61,853 bases of DNA, filler included, from Porpidia crustulata (GCA_964255105.1; 9 parts of 9 records of this genome joined end to end with filler, not necessarily neighbours in it), one strand, 5' to 3'; shown: positions 11,758 to 25,682, counted from the first letter of the whole stretch. The notes: generated from the letters alone by a model not told the origin. Made by a program: numbers and translations.

Positions 11758-13306
11758 GTAGTGACCATCTTGGCGATGATATCAGTCTCTACTGATTGAG
11801 TTGACTTGAACACATTACGAATACTACGAGCGGTATCCTACATCATCACCAGTCTGGTCTACCCATGCATACCTGTTCCTCCCAAAAGTATACCGATTCA
11901 AACTCGATCTAACCCAAGATCAATACGGTTAGCCACGACTCGGTGATAAAAGGACAAGATTTTGAGAATCGGATACCTGGAAAGCTCTGCAATTTGACGT
12001 TAGTTATCTACGACATGCAGCAGCGTCGAAAAGCCTTACTGGGATGGTCGTCCATATCTTCAAATCGAGCCCTTGTGACATGAAAGAGCTTCGTCGACCC
12101 GGACAAGAGCGGCATTATAGTCTTTACCTATATGATCGTATACATTGCTCAGCCATATAGACAGACCAATGGCACACTTACCGTGGGAACTTCAGATCGG
12201 TCGCGTCGGTCTGTCTTGATGTATCAACGTTCATCATAGTACAAAGTACGAAGTACTTGTTTAGAAAAGCGACCAGAAAGTACCGAGGTCTTACATGATG
12301 GCCATTGATATTAATAATGGTCAGCGGTCCCAGGAAACTCAAGACAACATGGGCTGTCGGGGAAAAGGTACAAAATGGAAGAGCGAGACGGTAGCTTCAG
12401 ATTTAAGTGGACCACGATTCTTTCAATGGACGTCTAAATGCTTTGACAAACTGAATGTACAATGACAATCGACATTTCTCCCTCATTCTCGCCCCACTCA
12501 GAAATTTATGATGTTGCGTTCGTAATGCCTTGGTTTATATATTGTGTGGATTCAACCTTTCTCAAACACTCCCATTGCGCTTTCCTGCTGAATCCAGCAA
12601 AACTTCTTTTCGCTACGACGCTAATCCCACAAAAGAAGAACCTCTAGCACTATCCGCTACATTCCTACTCTTCTTCGTCCACTGTAGTACCAAGACTCAG
12701 TGCCGCTGCTATAATTCAAAACCAGCCCAACCACCTAGGTAATACGTCCCCGCATCGTCAATTCCAAAGACATAGAGACAGTCTTCCTGGGGTCGTGGTA
12801 GGTTAAACTTCCCACATGGTATTGCGAGACGTTGTGGTTGAGGGTCTCTTTTCAGCATCGGGATGGCATGATACTTTCCAAGGGGTGTCAAGTGTCAAGT
12901 GCCTCGCTCTACGGTTGTCCTTGCGAAGTGTTTGTGGGTTGCTGGATAGATAAGTCGGTAGTGGTATAACGTCTGACAGCTTCAATCCTCAGCTTGATGT
13001 CCATGCTTTTCTTAGTTTGTTGTGGCCTTCGATTTTTGAGAGTCAGCGGATTTGCAGGACCATTGGATAGTCCGTATCCTGTTCTTCACTTAAGAAAAAT
13101 AACGGTCTCAACAGATGTATTGTGGAAATACATTAGGCTTGAGGAAGGCAGGCCTAGGAAAGATTGTTTTCTTTTAGTTAGCGAGGCAAGGGTTATCTGC
13201 AATAGTCGAAGCATGGATCACATTCTATTCATAAATATAGCTGACTTTATGGGTATCTAAAAACGATGGCAGGTCTACAAAAACAAATATATCCCAATAC
13301 GCCCCA

Positions 13307-13707
13307 TTACTCATTCTCATCCTCATCCTCCTCCCCATCCTCATCCGCATCATCCCCCTCATCCTCATCACTACCAACCTCCCTGGGCGTCCTCGGACTC
13401 TTCTTCTGGTCCCTAGGCGCAAACCCAGAAAGATCCGTGATCGCCTTGATCCGGTTTCGTTCCGTCCGCAACGAGTGCTCGCTTCGCCGGGGCTGACGAT
13501 GGCTATTCCCCGGCAGGACCTTCCCCTCGAACTTGGCATTGAAATCCTTGGCGATCTGGCCCCACGGCATCTTGGAAAAGTCCAGCAGCATGCCCTGCTG
13601 CTGTTTCCGTCTCACGTGCTGCTTGTGGACGTCGATGAGGAAGTCCTTTTCGGCGGCGGAGAACTTGTAGCGCGGGGCGCGGATGGGACCGAGGTTGCGG
13701 CTGGGGG
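13307..13707 (-). CDS. 3' part of a gene (cut by contig end) encoding a Myb/SANT-like helical domain and an acidic tail
   Basis: Open frame from the contig end: ...RYKFSAAEKDFLIDVHKQ...MPWGQIAKDFNAKFEG...RRSEHSLRTERNRIK...DEDEGDDADEDGEEDEDENE*. Confidence 0.55.
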
Positions 13708-13807
13708 NNNNNNNNNNNNNNNNNNNNNNNNNNNNNNNNNNNNNNNNNNNNTTAATTAATTAANNNNNNNNNNNNNNNNNNNNNNNNNNNNNNNNNNNNN
13801 NNNNNNN
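13708..13807. other. Artificial contig spacer
   Basis: N44-TTAATTAATTAA-N44. Confidence 0.99.
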
Positions 13808-14178
13808 ATACCGTCGGTGGGACGTGACTGCATTGACTGCCCTTCGCATCCGCCGCCGGCTTTCACTGTGGGTGGAGCCCGGGTTCTCGGCTGTCAGTTG
13901 CGGCCCTCTGGCATGTGTTGGAGGGGAGATTGTGGGGGGCGGGGGAGGTTGTGCGCGCAGGAAGCTGACGTTGTCATCGTGGGCTTCTTGCTCAGCTGAT
14001 GTTAAGAGGGTTGCAGCGAAGTCTGGGACAGGAGTGGTAAGCTGCTCAAGCTGCTCGAGGTAAAGACTTGAGGTGGTGGTCTCGGCTGATGTTTCCTACC
14101 AAAAATCAGTACACCATGTCATTTTGGCGGAGAAGGCGGACGAGAGGAACGGACTGCTGGTATATTGGCGGGCGGCAT
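13808..14178 (-). CDS. 5' part of a hypothetical gene running off the contig
   Basis: ATG at 14178 (MPPANIPA), a GTCCGT..CTGAT..TAG intron, then an open frame ETSAETTTSSLYLEQLEQL...RRRMRRAVNAVTSHRRY to the contig edge. Confidence 0.45.
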
Positions 14179-15801
14179 CTCTGCGTCGCGACGATAGTCT
14201 CGCCAACAGGGTGATCTAGCCTACACGATTTTTAGATTTTCAATCAAACCTTCAATCATGGACATCATGTGGGTGGTCCTTGTGATAGATAGGACTGCGG
14301 TTCCGAGTGTTGAACAAACAAGCGGTCCCACATCACATGTCTGGTTGGACCCTTGACTCAATGCGGCGGGATTTCCAACAGGATAGATAGACAAAGCAGT
14401 GATGCACAACGGCTCTCAATTCTCACCATGCGTTCTTACATCAACCAAATTCATCAGCTGATTTGTGCCCAGAGGTGCAGTCTGACTGGTGCCAAGTATG
14501 AAGTAACCCACGATCGCGGAAAGCGCTCAACGGTCATGTCCTGACTTGAAAACTTAAATTAAACAAATATACTTTTAGCAATGCATTGCCATCATTGCCA
14601 GCTTGAAGTGCCGCTTTGTTTCTATCAACTCGAACTCGAAGATTCTTATGGTGAAATTTCCGACCGAGACATGTTATCCCCAGGATAAGTAACATTGTCT
14701 GACGTACCTCATCAATTATAGGTCTTTTCTAGTTGGGCTTTTCAAAGTAATCCTTTCCTTCGTCAATCATAGCGCCGGTTTGATTCCTCTCCTGGAATTT
14801 CATCCACCAGATCGTTATTGAATTAAAAACCACCCATGTTTCTCTTAGTGATACCTCATATGCTCAACTACCAAGACCTCTCCCTTAAAGATGATAGTTT
14901 CCGATACTCAGGCTGGTTCTTATTGTCTGGACACAAAGATTTGATTTGAGGGCGAAAATTCTCACTTCTGTGCCCGGACACTGAGTAGCTTTACACAGAA
15001 GGACCACAGATTCCTGAAGCTTGAGATGCGAGAGATGACTACCAATGTCAATTATCGTGTGTGCCGTGTGAAGAAGAGATTAATCAAGGACGGGGAGGTG
15101 AAGGATACGGTCCCCTTTGGTCTATGAGGATTTGGCCAAGGTTCGAGAGGTGGTATGGTTGAGAAGGGATTTAGATGGAAATGATTCCTGACGAATGCCT
15201 GGAAAGAGCCCAGTCCTTCGTTAAACCTGGGTTCTTGTTTCCCTCTAAAGCTCAATTTAAATGTGATGTATATATAAAATGGTAATATTGGTGTACGGCT
15301 CTTGTGACCGGCCCGACAACATGAAAATCATGATTGTATCGATTTGGAAGGTAGGGGTTTCCCCCTATTCGGAGGCCTGCATTGCCACATCGCCACTCAG
15401 TAGTAGAAATGTTTCTTATTTGTCTCGAAAGCGGATCGGAGGGCATTCAAGTGCCTGGTCTAAATACGATCTAATAAATGACGAACGTCTGTCTTGACAG
15501 CCGCCCTGCGACAACTCCTGCTAGTTTTCTCAATGCACTGCACGTTCCTGTTTTGTGTTTGTCTCATTCTCTTCCTTTGGTTTCTCTTATGATCTTCTGT
15601 CGTCTCGCTTTCCTTCCCCTCGATCTTGGTTCTCGACTCTGATTTTCGGAGCCAATCATCTATAACTTTGTTAGCCAGCAAAGTTCCACTTATTGATGCA
15701 AGCATGGAGTCATATACCAGCGTTAGCGTATACTCGCAGATATGTACCAAAATATGCTACGACGAGAAGTCTGATTGCATTATGCTCAACACATACTCGA
15801 A

Positions 15802-18619
15802 TCAAGAACTTTTTTCTTTCAGTGTACTACGCTCAGCGTAGAGCTCACCAGGGACTACCTCATCAACTTTAGTGCTAGAAAAGCCAGCATGGCGAAACTT
15901 GTCCCTCATGCCCACTAATCATGTGTCAGTTATTACTTATGGATACTGAGCAGTATTCAATGATAACATACAATCACCCCATTGAACTCCCGCTGGTGGA
16001 AAGCATTTGAGTTCCGTTGTCGCAGCGCAACATGCTCGGATAGAGCCATACATTTGTGGCATAAATCCTTCGCGTCTATAAGTAAATGCCCACCAGCAAG
16101 TTGCAGTCATTGCCATCATGAGGACTGTAGCCAGCCAAATGGAATAGGTAGCAAAGCAGACCTATAAGCCAATGTCTGTCAAAAATAAAATCTGTAGTAT
16201 ACTAACACGAGAAGCATACCGTATAGATAGATACCTCCCAGAGATTGGACGGGTCTTTGTTATTTGAGATGATGATTTGACGAGTAGAGATTGCCTGGCC
16301 TAGTAACCAGTGCATAGCGGCACTGAATGCCATTATGGGAAAGAGAATTTTCTTTGGTAGTTGTAAAACATACGACTGTTCAAAAGCAACACCTCGTGCA
16401 ATCGTGCACCGAAGCCGTTGACGATTCTTCTCGAACTTTCCCCAATCGTATTCAATACTGACGAGGGTAATGTTGTAGATCAGCAAAAGATACAAAGTAG
16501 AAAATAGGAGTTGGGTACCATTCGAGATCGCAAAGGCTGCCACCTCACTCCCAAACTTATTATCCAATAAGGTCGCAAGAGTAGCACTCGTATTAAAGCC
16601 TCCAAATGACCCAAAATTAGTCGTCAGATAATTCTGAAGCCCATCAGAGCATGCCGCATGACCAGAGATACGATCATCTGGTGCGAGGGAGCACGACTTT
16701 TTAAATACTCGTATCGCTGAGCCGAAAAGGACTGCTAGAAACACGGAACACACAAACATACTTAGAGAGCATACCGCAAGTATGATCATCTGCGTCAATG
16801 CAGTAGAGCCAAGATTAGATAGTGACGACTTCTTGTACTGAACTGCAATGCATGGATGGAGTAAATTGGCCGCTCTATCGATTGAGTTGAATTTGGCGCA
16901 TTGTTGACAGTGGCTTTTGCTATCTCCTGTGACGGATGGGTTTGAACTTGTACAATGTTTGTGACAGACGTGGCTAACGAGGTGTCTGTTACCTTCGCCG
17001 GCATTTAGTAAACACTCATTCTGAATTTGAAGGTCAGTGTTCAAGGCCGAGGCAAAGACAACGTCTCCAAACGTGAGGCATTTAGTTTTGACTCTTCCAC
17101 GGGCTCTAATAATGATCGTGACCATGTATACCGCCTTGATGATTAGACATCCGGCGAGAGTGATGGCGGCAAACATGCGCACATTGAGGCGGCAAGTTGT
17201 CGAAGTAGAATCGTTGAGCTCGCATATTACATCCCGGCCCAGTACACAATCACCAACACTGTAGGACTCGAAATCGCCGCTATCATCTTTGATGTAGTCA
17301 TGGTATAATGTCGTATCTCTTGTAGCGTTCGCATAAAGAGCGCACCGTAGTGGGTAGTAGGTAATATTAACCCCATTTGAATCTAAACCTACATCGTGCA
17401 TACTATCGTAGTAGATTAAATATTCTGGGATGTCTTGATGTTGTGCAAGTGAATAGACGCCAGATCTGAAAGCGGTCCAGCATCCCCTTGTATATGTTCC
17501 GCGATAATTGGTCTTAAAATCTGTGAAATAATCTTCCATGATATTATATTGGATATCCTTTGGAGGTACGAAATACAAAGATGGCCCGATGATCGAGTTA
17601 GCCAGAAAGTGTATGGGCTAGACACGATTTTAGTTCACGAAGGCTCGGAGAGATAGATTAAAGGCGGGAGGAGTCACCACTGAGGTTGATACAAGGAGTA
17701 ACCAGGCACACCATGCTCTCACTTTCCCTGTTCTCTTATCGTTTATAGCCATGGGCGAATTCGTTCCGACCCGAGCATCCCCGCGTTTCGAAAGGACCCA
17801 TCGAATCTCGTCTGTCTTTAAAGAAGTCACCAATTGTTGATATGTATTCGACATTCCTAAGATCATCGTTGCGGCGATATTGACAACGAGATTGATAAAC
17901 TGTATTTCAATTCCGAAGTTAGTCTTCTAGAGAAGAGATCCTCAACATGAGTTGGTCATATATTAAATGAAGCTCCAATATGAAAGTTTCATTCTAATTA
18001 TGAGTAAATCAATCATGTGCAACAAACTTCGATAGACATGAACGCCGGATCTATTGAGTAGATGAGATATGGCGCATGAAAAAATAGTACCAATCCCGGC
18101 CAAAGGCCAGAAGAAAGACCACTGGAATGCATTCAAGGCATCTGAAGCATTGCAGCTTACCAAGTTCAATTTTTCTGTCGTTCTACAGTCTTTAGGCTTT
18201 TCAAATCCCACGGAGGTCGAATGTAGATTCTTGCGATGCGTAAAATCATGCATGAAAGTGCAACATACGGATATCATGATGATGGCGAATATCGTTGTCA
18301 AAGCTGCCATCGACCGAAGGCTTCTATCCACGAGCATCTGTCGGTCCCACCAGCCCTTTTCACCAACCGCGAATGGTTCCTCAGGGGTCGGATTCTCCCG
18401 GGTAGTACTTGAGTATTGAGCCCAGGCTCCTAGGCTTTTGCGTCGCTGGCGAGGCAGTGCATAGTTCTCCTCAGATATGCCGCAAGATTCTTCTAACAAC
18501 GATGATCGTCGATTTGAGCCCAACGAGGCAAAGCTCCAGGGGCGTAGGAGCCTCTGTGAGAAGCCATCATCGTCGAAAATACATCTCTGACTTGACATTG
18601 CTCTTCGAATGGAATCCAT
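15802..18619 (-). CDS. Multi-pass membrane protein, DUF6536-like, about 5 exons
   Basis: Spliced product contains VNIAATMILGMSNTYQQLVTS, GDARVGTNSP, LLLVSTSVPIHFLANS, CLTFGDVV, QSYVLQLPKK...MHWLLGQAI and GVQWGDLG...RHAGFS; stop at 15802-15804. Confidence 0.7.
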
Positions 18620-19246
18620 AATATGTAAAGACCAAGATTCAACACTCAAAGTCTTCCCATCCCTTGAGAGCTTGTGATTGTAATGGATGAACAAGATCAA
18701 ATCTGAGCAGAGTATTCAAGATAGTAATACCGTAGGACTAAGGCTAAAGAATTTGTATGGCATCGATACATGATATTGCTCCCTACCGTAATGGGGCCGA
18801 CCAAAAGCGTTTATAGCCAAATTCATGATGCAAAACCACAAGTGGATCGGCGTCAGCTGCGCAGACGCCACTCCGTGGATGAGCCAGTTTGAGGTACATA
18901 TTGTTTCTTGTACGACTGCAGACGGTATACATGCATGAGTGCAGAACTTTGGATGGACCGAATAAATAATCAGGCTACAAGGCAAATGGACGGATAACCC
19001 TCTATTAAAATATCACGCATACGAACGAGACGTTTTGATCGTTATTCCAAAGACGACAGCCGGCGGCACAATGAGAGATTGGTTTGACTGCTCTAAACAA
19101 TTTAAATAAGAAAGCCTAGAGCAGCCGAGCGATCTCTACGGCGCGCATTCTTACTTTATCGTACGATAGATACCTATCCGCAACTTCGCCCTGAGGTTGA
19201 AGTTACATTTTGTACATCATTCTTTACAGATCCAACGACCTACGAT

Positions 19247-20607
19247 ATGGCCCACAAGTCGCATAGTGTTGGCGACAAGACACCCATGTGGCTGGACTGT
19301 GACCCAGGTATAGTTTGAAAGCAGCATAGTACACCAACCACTGCTTGATCCCTGACAGAGCTTACAGACCTGACACCATTCAGGCCACGATGCACGAGGA
19401 CCCCCAGCTCGTCTTAGCATGATCATCGCTGATTGCACATTCAGGACGCATTTGCCATCCTCCTCGCCGCCCATCATCCCGCCCTGAGCCTGCTCGGCAT
19501 TAGCACCGTCCACGGCAATGCGTCGCTTGAACAAATAACCGCCAATGCGGGCAGTGTACTGACAGCATTTGGGAGACAAGACGTTCCTGTGTATCCTGGA
19601 GCTGCGAAACCTCTTGTGCGAGAAGCTGTGCACGCGCCAAATATCCATGGTCTGCCATCGCTCGCAAATCAGGAGCAAGCCATTGCTTATTGTTCGTAGG
19701 CGAGAGTGGTATAGATGGCACGGAATTACTGCCAAAGCCGGCCTTTTCACCACTCCGTGATCCTGGTGTCCCTCAGGCCATCAATACTGCGCTTTTGGAG
19801 CAGCCCAAGGGAACTGCATGGCTCGTGGCCACCGGTGCATTGACTAATATCGCGCTTCTCTTCACTCACTTTCCTGAACTTGCTGGTCATATAAAAGGCT
19901 TGAGCATCATGGGGGGAGCAATTGGGAACGGATTCTCCGAAGATCCCATGGGCCATACGAAAGGAGAAGGTCTGAGATTTGGCAACACGACGAGATGGGC
20001 TGAGTTTAATATCTATGTATGAATATTCGATTGAAAGTCCGACCTCTGGGAGGCTAACCGGTCCAGTGTGATCCTGAAGCAGCTCAGTCCATCTTCTCGA
20101 ACACTGTCCTAGCCGCAAAGACCACGCTGATACCGCTTGATCTCACCCACCAGGTGCTTGCAACGAAAGAAATCCAACATCGATTGCTGCATGGCAATGG
20201 ATCCTCCCCGAGCGTTGAACGCCCTCTTTTGACACTACGTAGATTGTTGCACGACCTCCTCACTTTCTTCGCGCACACCTACTCCGGCGTTTTCGGACTC
20301 ACATCCGGACCACCGCTGCATGACCCAATAGCTGTAGCAATACTGCTCTTTGACGAAGGTATAGAAGATCTGAGGTTCGATGACTATGGGGGGGAAAGAT
20401 GGAAAGTCGAAGTCGTCACTGAAGGCCTCCACAGCGATCTAGAGGAAGAACAAGGACAAGTGGGACGGACCATTGCTACAATGATCACAGGTGGCGGGCA
20501 AGGAGTGCGCATACCTAGAGCTTTAGATGTACATCGCTTCTGGAGCTTGGTCGAGCAATGCATCCAGCGAGCAGAGACTCTCATCACGGCTCAAACCCGT
20601 ATAGAAT
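19247..20607 (+). CDS. URH1: Inosine/uridine-preferring nucleoside hydrolase (URH1-like), 5 exons; stop codon cut by the contig end
   Basis: WLDCDPGHDDAFAIL (after splicing), ISTVHGNA, IHGESGIDG, LVATGALTNIA, IMGGA, AEFNIYCDPEAA, IPLDLTH and PPLHDPIAVA. Confidence 0.9.
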
Positions 20608-20707
20608 NNNNNNNNNNNNNNNNNNNNNNNNNNNNNNNNNNNNNNNNNNNNTTAATTAATTAANNNNNNNNNNNNNNNNNNNNNNNNNNNNNNNNNNNNN
20701 NNNNNNN
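20608..20707. other. Artificial contig spacer
   Basis: N44-TTAATTAATTAA-N44. Confidence 0.99.
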
Positions 20708-20813
20708 GGGGTGCACGGGGTGGAAGGGGAGGTACAGATTGAAAAGTCATTTGCGCGAACAGCATAACAGTACTAAGTGTTTCTTATTTTTCGCATTCAC
20801 GACATATATTGAG

Positions 20814-23139
20814 CTATCCGGCGTTGCCCTTGGAAGCTGTTGAAACGTCCTTCGCCAGCTTAATCTTCGCTCCAGTTGCCTCATCCCTGTTCTCCGTTGT
20901 TGCTCTCTTCTCCTCCAGCATACTCTTATCAAAGCTCTTTGGATCAATACCCAATATGCCACCAACACTATCTCCAGCCACACTAAACTCTCTGAAGGCA
21001 TACTTCCACTCCGTCAAGAATCCCCGAACGGCCTTTCCCACCTTGTCCTTGCCGTTCTTACTGTGATGCCCAGTTCCAGTAATCGCATATACCGAACGGC
21101 TAGAGCTTTGTTGCTCAACCAATGCCCGCTCAAGGTATTCAACGGCTTCTTCTGGATGTAAACCATGTAGATCAACGTATAACTCCGAAGACGCGGAACT
21201 GTCTTTGTTCCGATCCTCATAAAGAAGTCTCGCCGCTTCGCGATGCGCTTTCCGCATCAAGTCGTTTTCTGATTGGCCTCGTAAGCTGAGAGCCTTTGCT
21301 GCTCGAGCATCATTCCGATTCCAAGCTTGGGCAGCACTGGGTGGAGGGTTAGCCTGCCTCAAGATAGGCCAGTGTCAGGGCTCACCTCTGCAGGAACTTA
21401 TTTCGTAGACCACCATGTTTGAAGGCTTCTTGCCGGGCCTTCATATATGCTTGATTTGCTTTGGCACCTGTCTCCAGCCATGGAACATGCTGCGGCGCTT
21501 GAATTACATTAGCCGCTACACTATTCTCGCGGCTTCCAGTGTAGCTCTTGCGGGTTATGAGACCCTTTCGGAGCAAGCCTGGAGCTGGAGAAGGAGACAT
21601 TCGAACAACATCGGCGAGGGAGCTAGGTAAGTTCTCCTTATTACTGTGGCCGTGTCCATGACCTCCACGCTTGCCATGGTGTTTCTTAGTACTTTTCACA
21701 CCTGCCGCGCCTAAAGTCGGGAAAGCCTCATTGTCATCGACCGGAGGGATGGAAGGGGTAGGTTCACGAGACTGATGACGACTAGTAGGTCGTGAATTGT
21801 ACGAGCCTGGCGACGATGGGGGCCCGTTCATAGATGTTGCTCTAGGAACGAAGGTGCGCCTTGGGCTTCCGATAAAACCATTTGCGCCTTGGGGGCCATG
21901 ATAGTTGTACAGGTCTGGTTGACTTGGAGAGGACGATATTTGTGTGAATTGGTTTGTCGCCGAAGCCTGGAGAGCCGGAAAAGTGTCGAAATCCTGAACC
22001 TGAAAGCTAGGGTGGATGTTCTTTGGTGGAGTGCCGATTACAGCGTTGGCATCATCCATGTTAAGGCGGTTCATTAGGAGAGCAGGATCATGGGAGAATA
22101 TGCAAGAATCTCCTGCAAGGCAATTGCCCATGACCCAGTACCTGTATCATCAACAAAGTTGCCGAGGATCGCAGAAAGGCCACACTTACTTGCAGATATG
22201 GCTGCTGAGATCGTGACTAAATCGACAATCTGCTCTCAAGCAATTCCCATTCGATAACCAATATTTGCATACAACGCTGCTGCGGCCGCGCTCTGACGGA
22301 TCGATCATCATTGGCTGACTTGGCATCATCGACTTTCCAACGAGAACCTGCCGATCTTGATCGGGCATGAAACTTTGGTCCTGATTGTAAGCAGCCTGAG
22401 AGCCCATCAGGTTCATGATGGTTGAGCTTAAGTCATATCCATTGGCTTCTAAGGCACTCTCAATCTCTTCGTCCGATCGCCCGTCGCCTAGAACAGATCT
22501 CAGCATATCGTACGGTGACATGTCATTTTGCTGTGGTTGAATCCATGCGGTAGCAGCTCCACTTAGGCCGCTCTCATAAGCACTGCCGGCACCTGACGAC
22601 GAAGGTCTACTATGAGAATCTTCATTCACGAGCCAATCAACGGTATCGCTACCATAGTCTCCATAGTCATTGGAGACCGCAGTCGGCTCACTGAATTCGT
22701 AGGAGTTGAGGTTGGGGCTATGTGGTATAGGACTAGCAAAGGCAAGCCGAGGTGAGGATCGAGGAGAAGTGAACGGGCTCGCATTGAACGATTTAGCTCT
22801 GTTGAATGCAGGCGACGCAATGCCGAACCCTGGAGGAGGCGCCGGACTTGCACGACTGAGCGGAGGTGAGGCTAAAGGCGTTGAAGCGCGAGCCATCTGC
22901 CACGGCGCAGGTGAAGCGCGGCGAATGACGGTATGGCGAATCGGTGGTGAGGCTGTCGATGGAGATTTTGATCCTCGGAATCGCCATAGGACATTCAATA
23001 CCGCATCTTCAAGTGATTGACCGGTCAGTGACGCTTCTTTCCTAATAAGCTGCTCAAGCTGCTCAGTCTTGTCCTCCTCCTCAATGCTAGAGTCTTCCAA
23101 CGTGGGCAAGCACAGGTCATAAACAGTATCGGACACCAT
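20814..23139 (-). CDS. CCCH zinc-finger + DUF1771 + Smr domain protein, 3 exons
   Basis: Two CCCH fingers (CKYWLSNGNCLRADCRFSH; CKYWVMGNCLAGDSCIFSH), a CUE/UBA-like segment (EEIESALEANGYDLSSTIMNL) and an Smr domain (VDLHGLHPEEAVEYL...YAITGTGHHS). Confidence 0.88.
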
Positions 23140-23947
23140 GATGAAAGAATCTGTGCCGGAGAAGTGAACGATTAGACCAAGAATAGCTGCCACAAGTCAG
23201 GGTATGTTCCAAACCCAATAAACCAGTCGGAGTGAGGATGAGGTAAAGTGGGTGTGGGATGGGAAGGAGTGATGAAGCGTTGCGACTTTGGTCCGGTGTG
23301 GAGGTTAAAATAGTTACATTGCGTGCTGGAAGTGAATTCAAGCGCCCCAACTCGCATCAAATAGCTGGATACGTTGGCTCTCTGTATTAATCAGGCGACC
23401 TGATGGTTGAATAGAATGAAGAGTAGGAGGTCCAGAATGGGTGGAGCGGAGATAGCTTTCGCTAATCGATCCGATAAGGCGGATGAGGCTGAAGCGGGAG
23501 TGAGGCGGACGGACGTGAATAAGGGACGATGACCTCACTTCAAGTGATATCCCGATTTAAAGTGGTGATGACTTCCAGTTGATAGTCTCGTTGATGGCAG
23601 AGACACGAGTGGCAGGCCTATCGATAAGGCTGAGCGCATTGTGATCCATTTCACTTCTCGCCCAACTTTGCCATACTACGACCATGCCATACTACTGCCA
23701 TGCCATGTACTCTAGTCCATCTTCCAGTCCCTGCATAACGTGGATCGCCAGCCCGATATTAAGGCACAATCGTAATTCGATTACACTAGTTCTCACTTCT
23801 CTATCATTCAAGGGGCATGGGTTGTAAGCCTTGCCAACGCAAAGCGCACGCCCGCGCAATGCTGTCAATACCGGAAAGCCCCAAATTGGCACTCCATCCA
23901 ATGTCTAGTAAACAGAGCATGACAGCTCAATACAAAAAGAGGAAAGA

Positions 23948-25682
23948 TCAATCCCGCTTTTGCTCTTCTTTCTTCTCCTCCTTCTCGGCATTCAACGTTT
24001 CACGTTCGGCCTCGCCCGCTTCACCCTCCTGCTCGCCTTCCTTTCCATCCGCCTTCGCGTCTGCTTTCCTCTGATCCTCCTCATCGATGTTTGCATCATC
24101 TTTGGGCGACGACGTTCTAGATTCGCCCCTTTCCTCATTTTGTTCATTCTCTTCCTCAATCAGGTCTTGCTGCTCCTTGAGTACCTCCAGTCTCTGTTTG
24201 TTCGTTGCCGCTCCTTCAGCGTTGTGAACTTCGAGTTCGATCTCGTGGAAGAGTTCCTCAGGAATGGATGACAGGACTGCTTGTAATGCGCCGATTTGAT
24301 TTTCCACCTCCGAATCCTTTCCTTGGGTATACACAAAAGCATTGCTGAGAACGAGCAGTGTTGATGGAACACCGTTTTTGAGTCGTAGGTCAAGCCACAT
24401 TTGAAGGTCGTCTCGCAGACGACCGGGGCTCATTCCCTGCGTGCGGATACCGCGCGAGGCGCACGCCATCTGAAGCTCAGGGACAGACAGGCTGTCGACA
24501 CCTTCATCGTAGATCGCCCGATCGTCGCGCTTAATCTGGCGCATGCGATGACGAATCTGGTATCGAAGCATAGCGTCTGTGCCAAAAGCATTCAAGTTCA
24601 TGTATTTCGTCATGGCCACCAATTGAGGGCGTGAAAGGTTATCAAGGGTCAGATCATCCTTGAAGATCTTGCATACTTTGATGACATCTGCATGCGTCGG
24701 AGATTCTCCAGTTGCGCGCACCTTGCGGAAGAATGTAGCAAACTCTTCTTTTTGGGCGTTGACGGCACTGACAGGAAGACCGGTTTCCTTCAAAGTGTCA
24801 CGGAGGAAATTGCTGACCTCTTTCCGAGTTGCTCGAAGGTTGCTGGCTTTGGAGTCTTTCGATTTCTGGCCTTCGTAGGTACTTGGTAGGAGATTAGGGA
24901 ATACCCTTAGCGCTATAGGTAGCAAAAGCTCCGCGAAAGGAACGATAACGAAGACCGAGAAAGGCACCAATCGGCCCAAATCTTGCACTGTACGCTGAAG
25001 CTGTCTATTTTCTCTCCGGCTAAGCTCGTAACCTGCAGCCATTTTCAAGGCCAGTTTTGTGCTTATCCTGACCTCCGTCGCTAGGAGCTTCGTACCGTCC
25101 CAGTAATGCATCACTTCGCGCTTGACTTTTTGCATCAGCGTCAACTTTTTTGGCTCTTTCTTTGCATCTCCCAGTTTCTTTTCGTCAGCAGCAGCTTTGT
25201 CGGCCGCCAGCTCTGCCAAGCTTCTAATTTCCACAGCTTTAGTTTTAGCAACCCCCGTAACGTCCCCATTTGAAATCGCCCCAGTTGTATGCGCGTTTAC
25301 TGATGCGGCTATCTCTTCTGTGACCTTAGCAGAGGATGCAACTTTGGTAGCATCCTTTGGGAGAGGCTTTTTTGCCTCCTCGGCGTTGAAGCCAGGGGGC
25401 GGGAACGCTGGTCCGGCACCACCCGTTGTAGACGTGTCGGTAGAATATCCTCGATGCGGAAGTAATATGGCTAGTATTTGTTGCTGAGGCGGTAAGTGTC
25501 TTGCGCTACGACGAAGGAAAGCTGTGTGAGCAGATGAAGGGGTGAAGGCGGCCCTCAACGGCAAGGCACCTTTTCCATTTGTGAGCGCGGTCGATAGGTT
25601 AGTATTTTGTAGGAAACATACCAGCATTTCTTAATGCCCTTTGCGCAGATGCACCTCGGACTAATCTCGCTGAAGAACTCAT
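23948..25682 (-). CDS. MDM38: Mitochondrial inner-membrane LETM1-family protein; one intron near the 5' end
   Basis: HYWDGTKLLATEVRIS, RLVPFSVFVIVPFAELLLPIALRVFPNLLPSTY and FKDDLTLDNLSRPQL; Arg-rich presequence MSSSARLVRGASAQRALRN. Confidence 0.93.

Noticed and set aside
13307..14178. Gene 3' fragment and gene 5' fragment on the same strand either side of a spacer, as if one gene
   Set aside because: Contigs are ordered by length, so adjacency is coincidental without read evidence.
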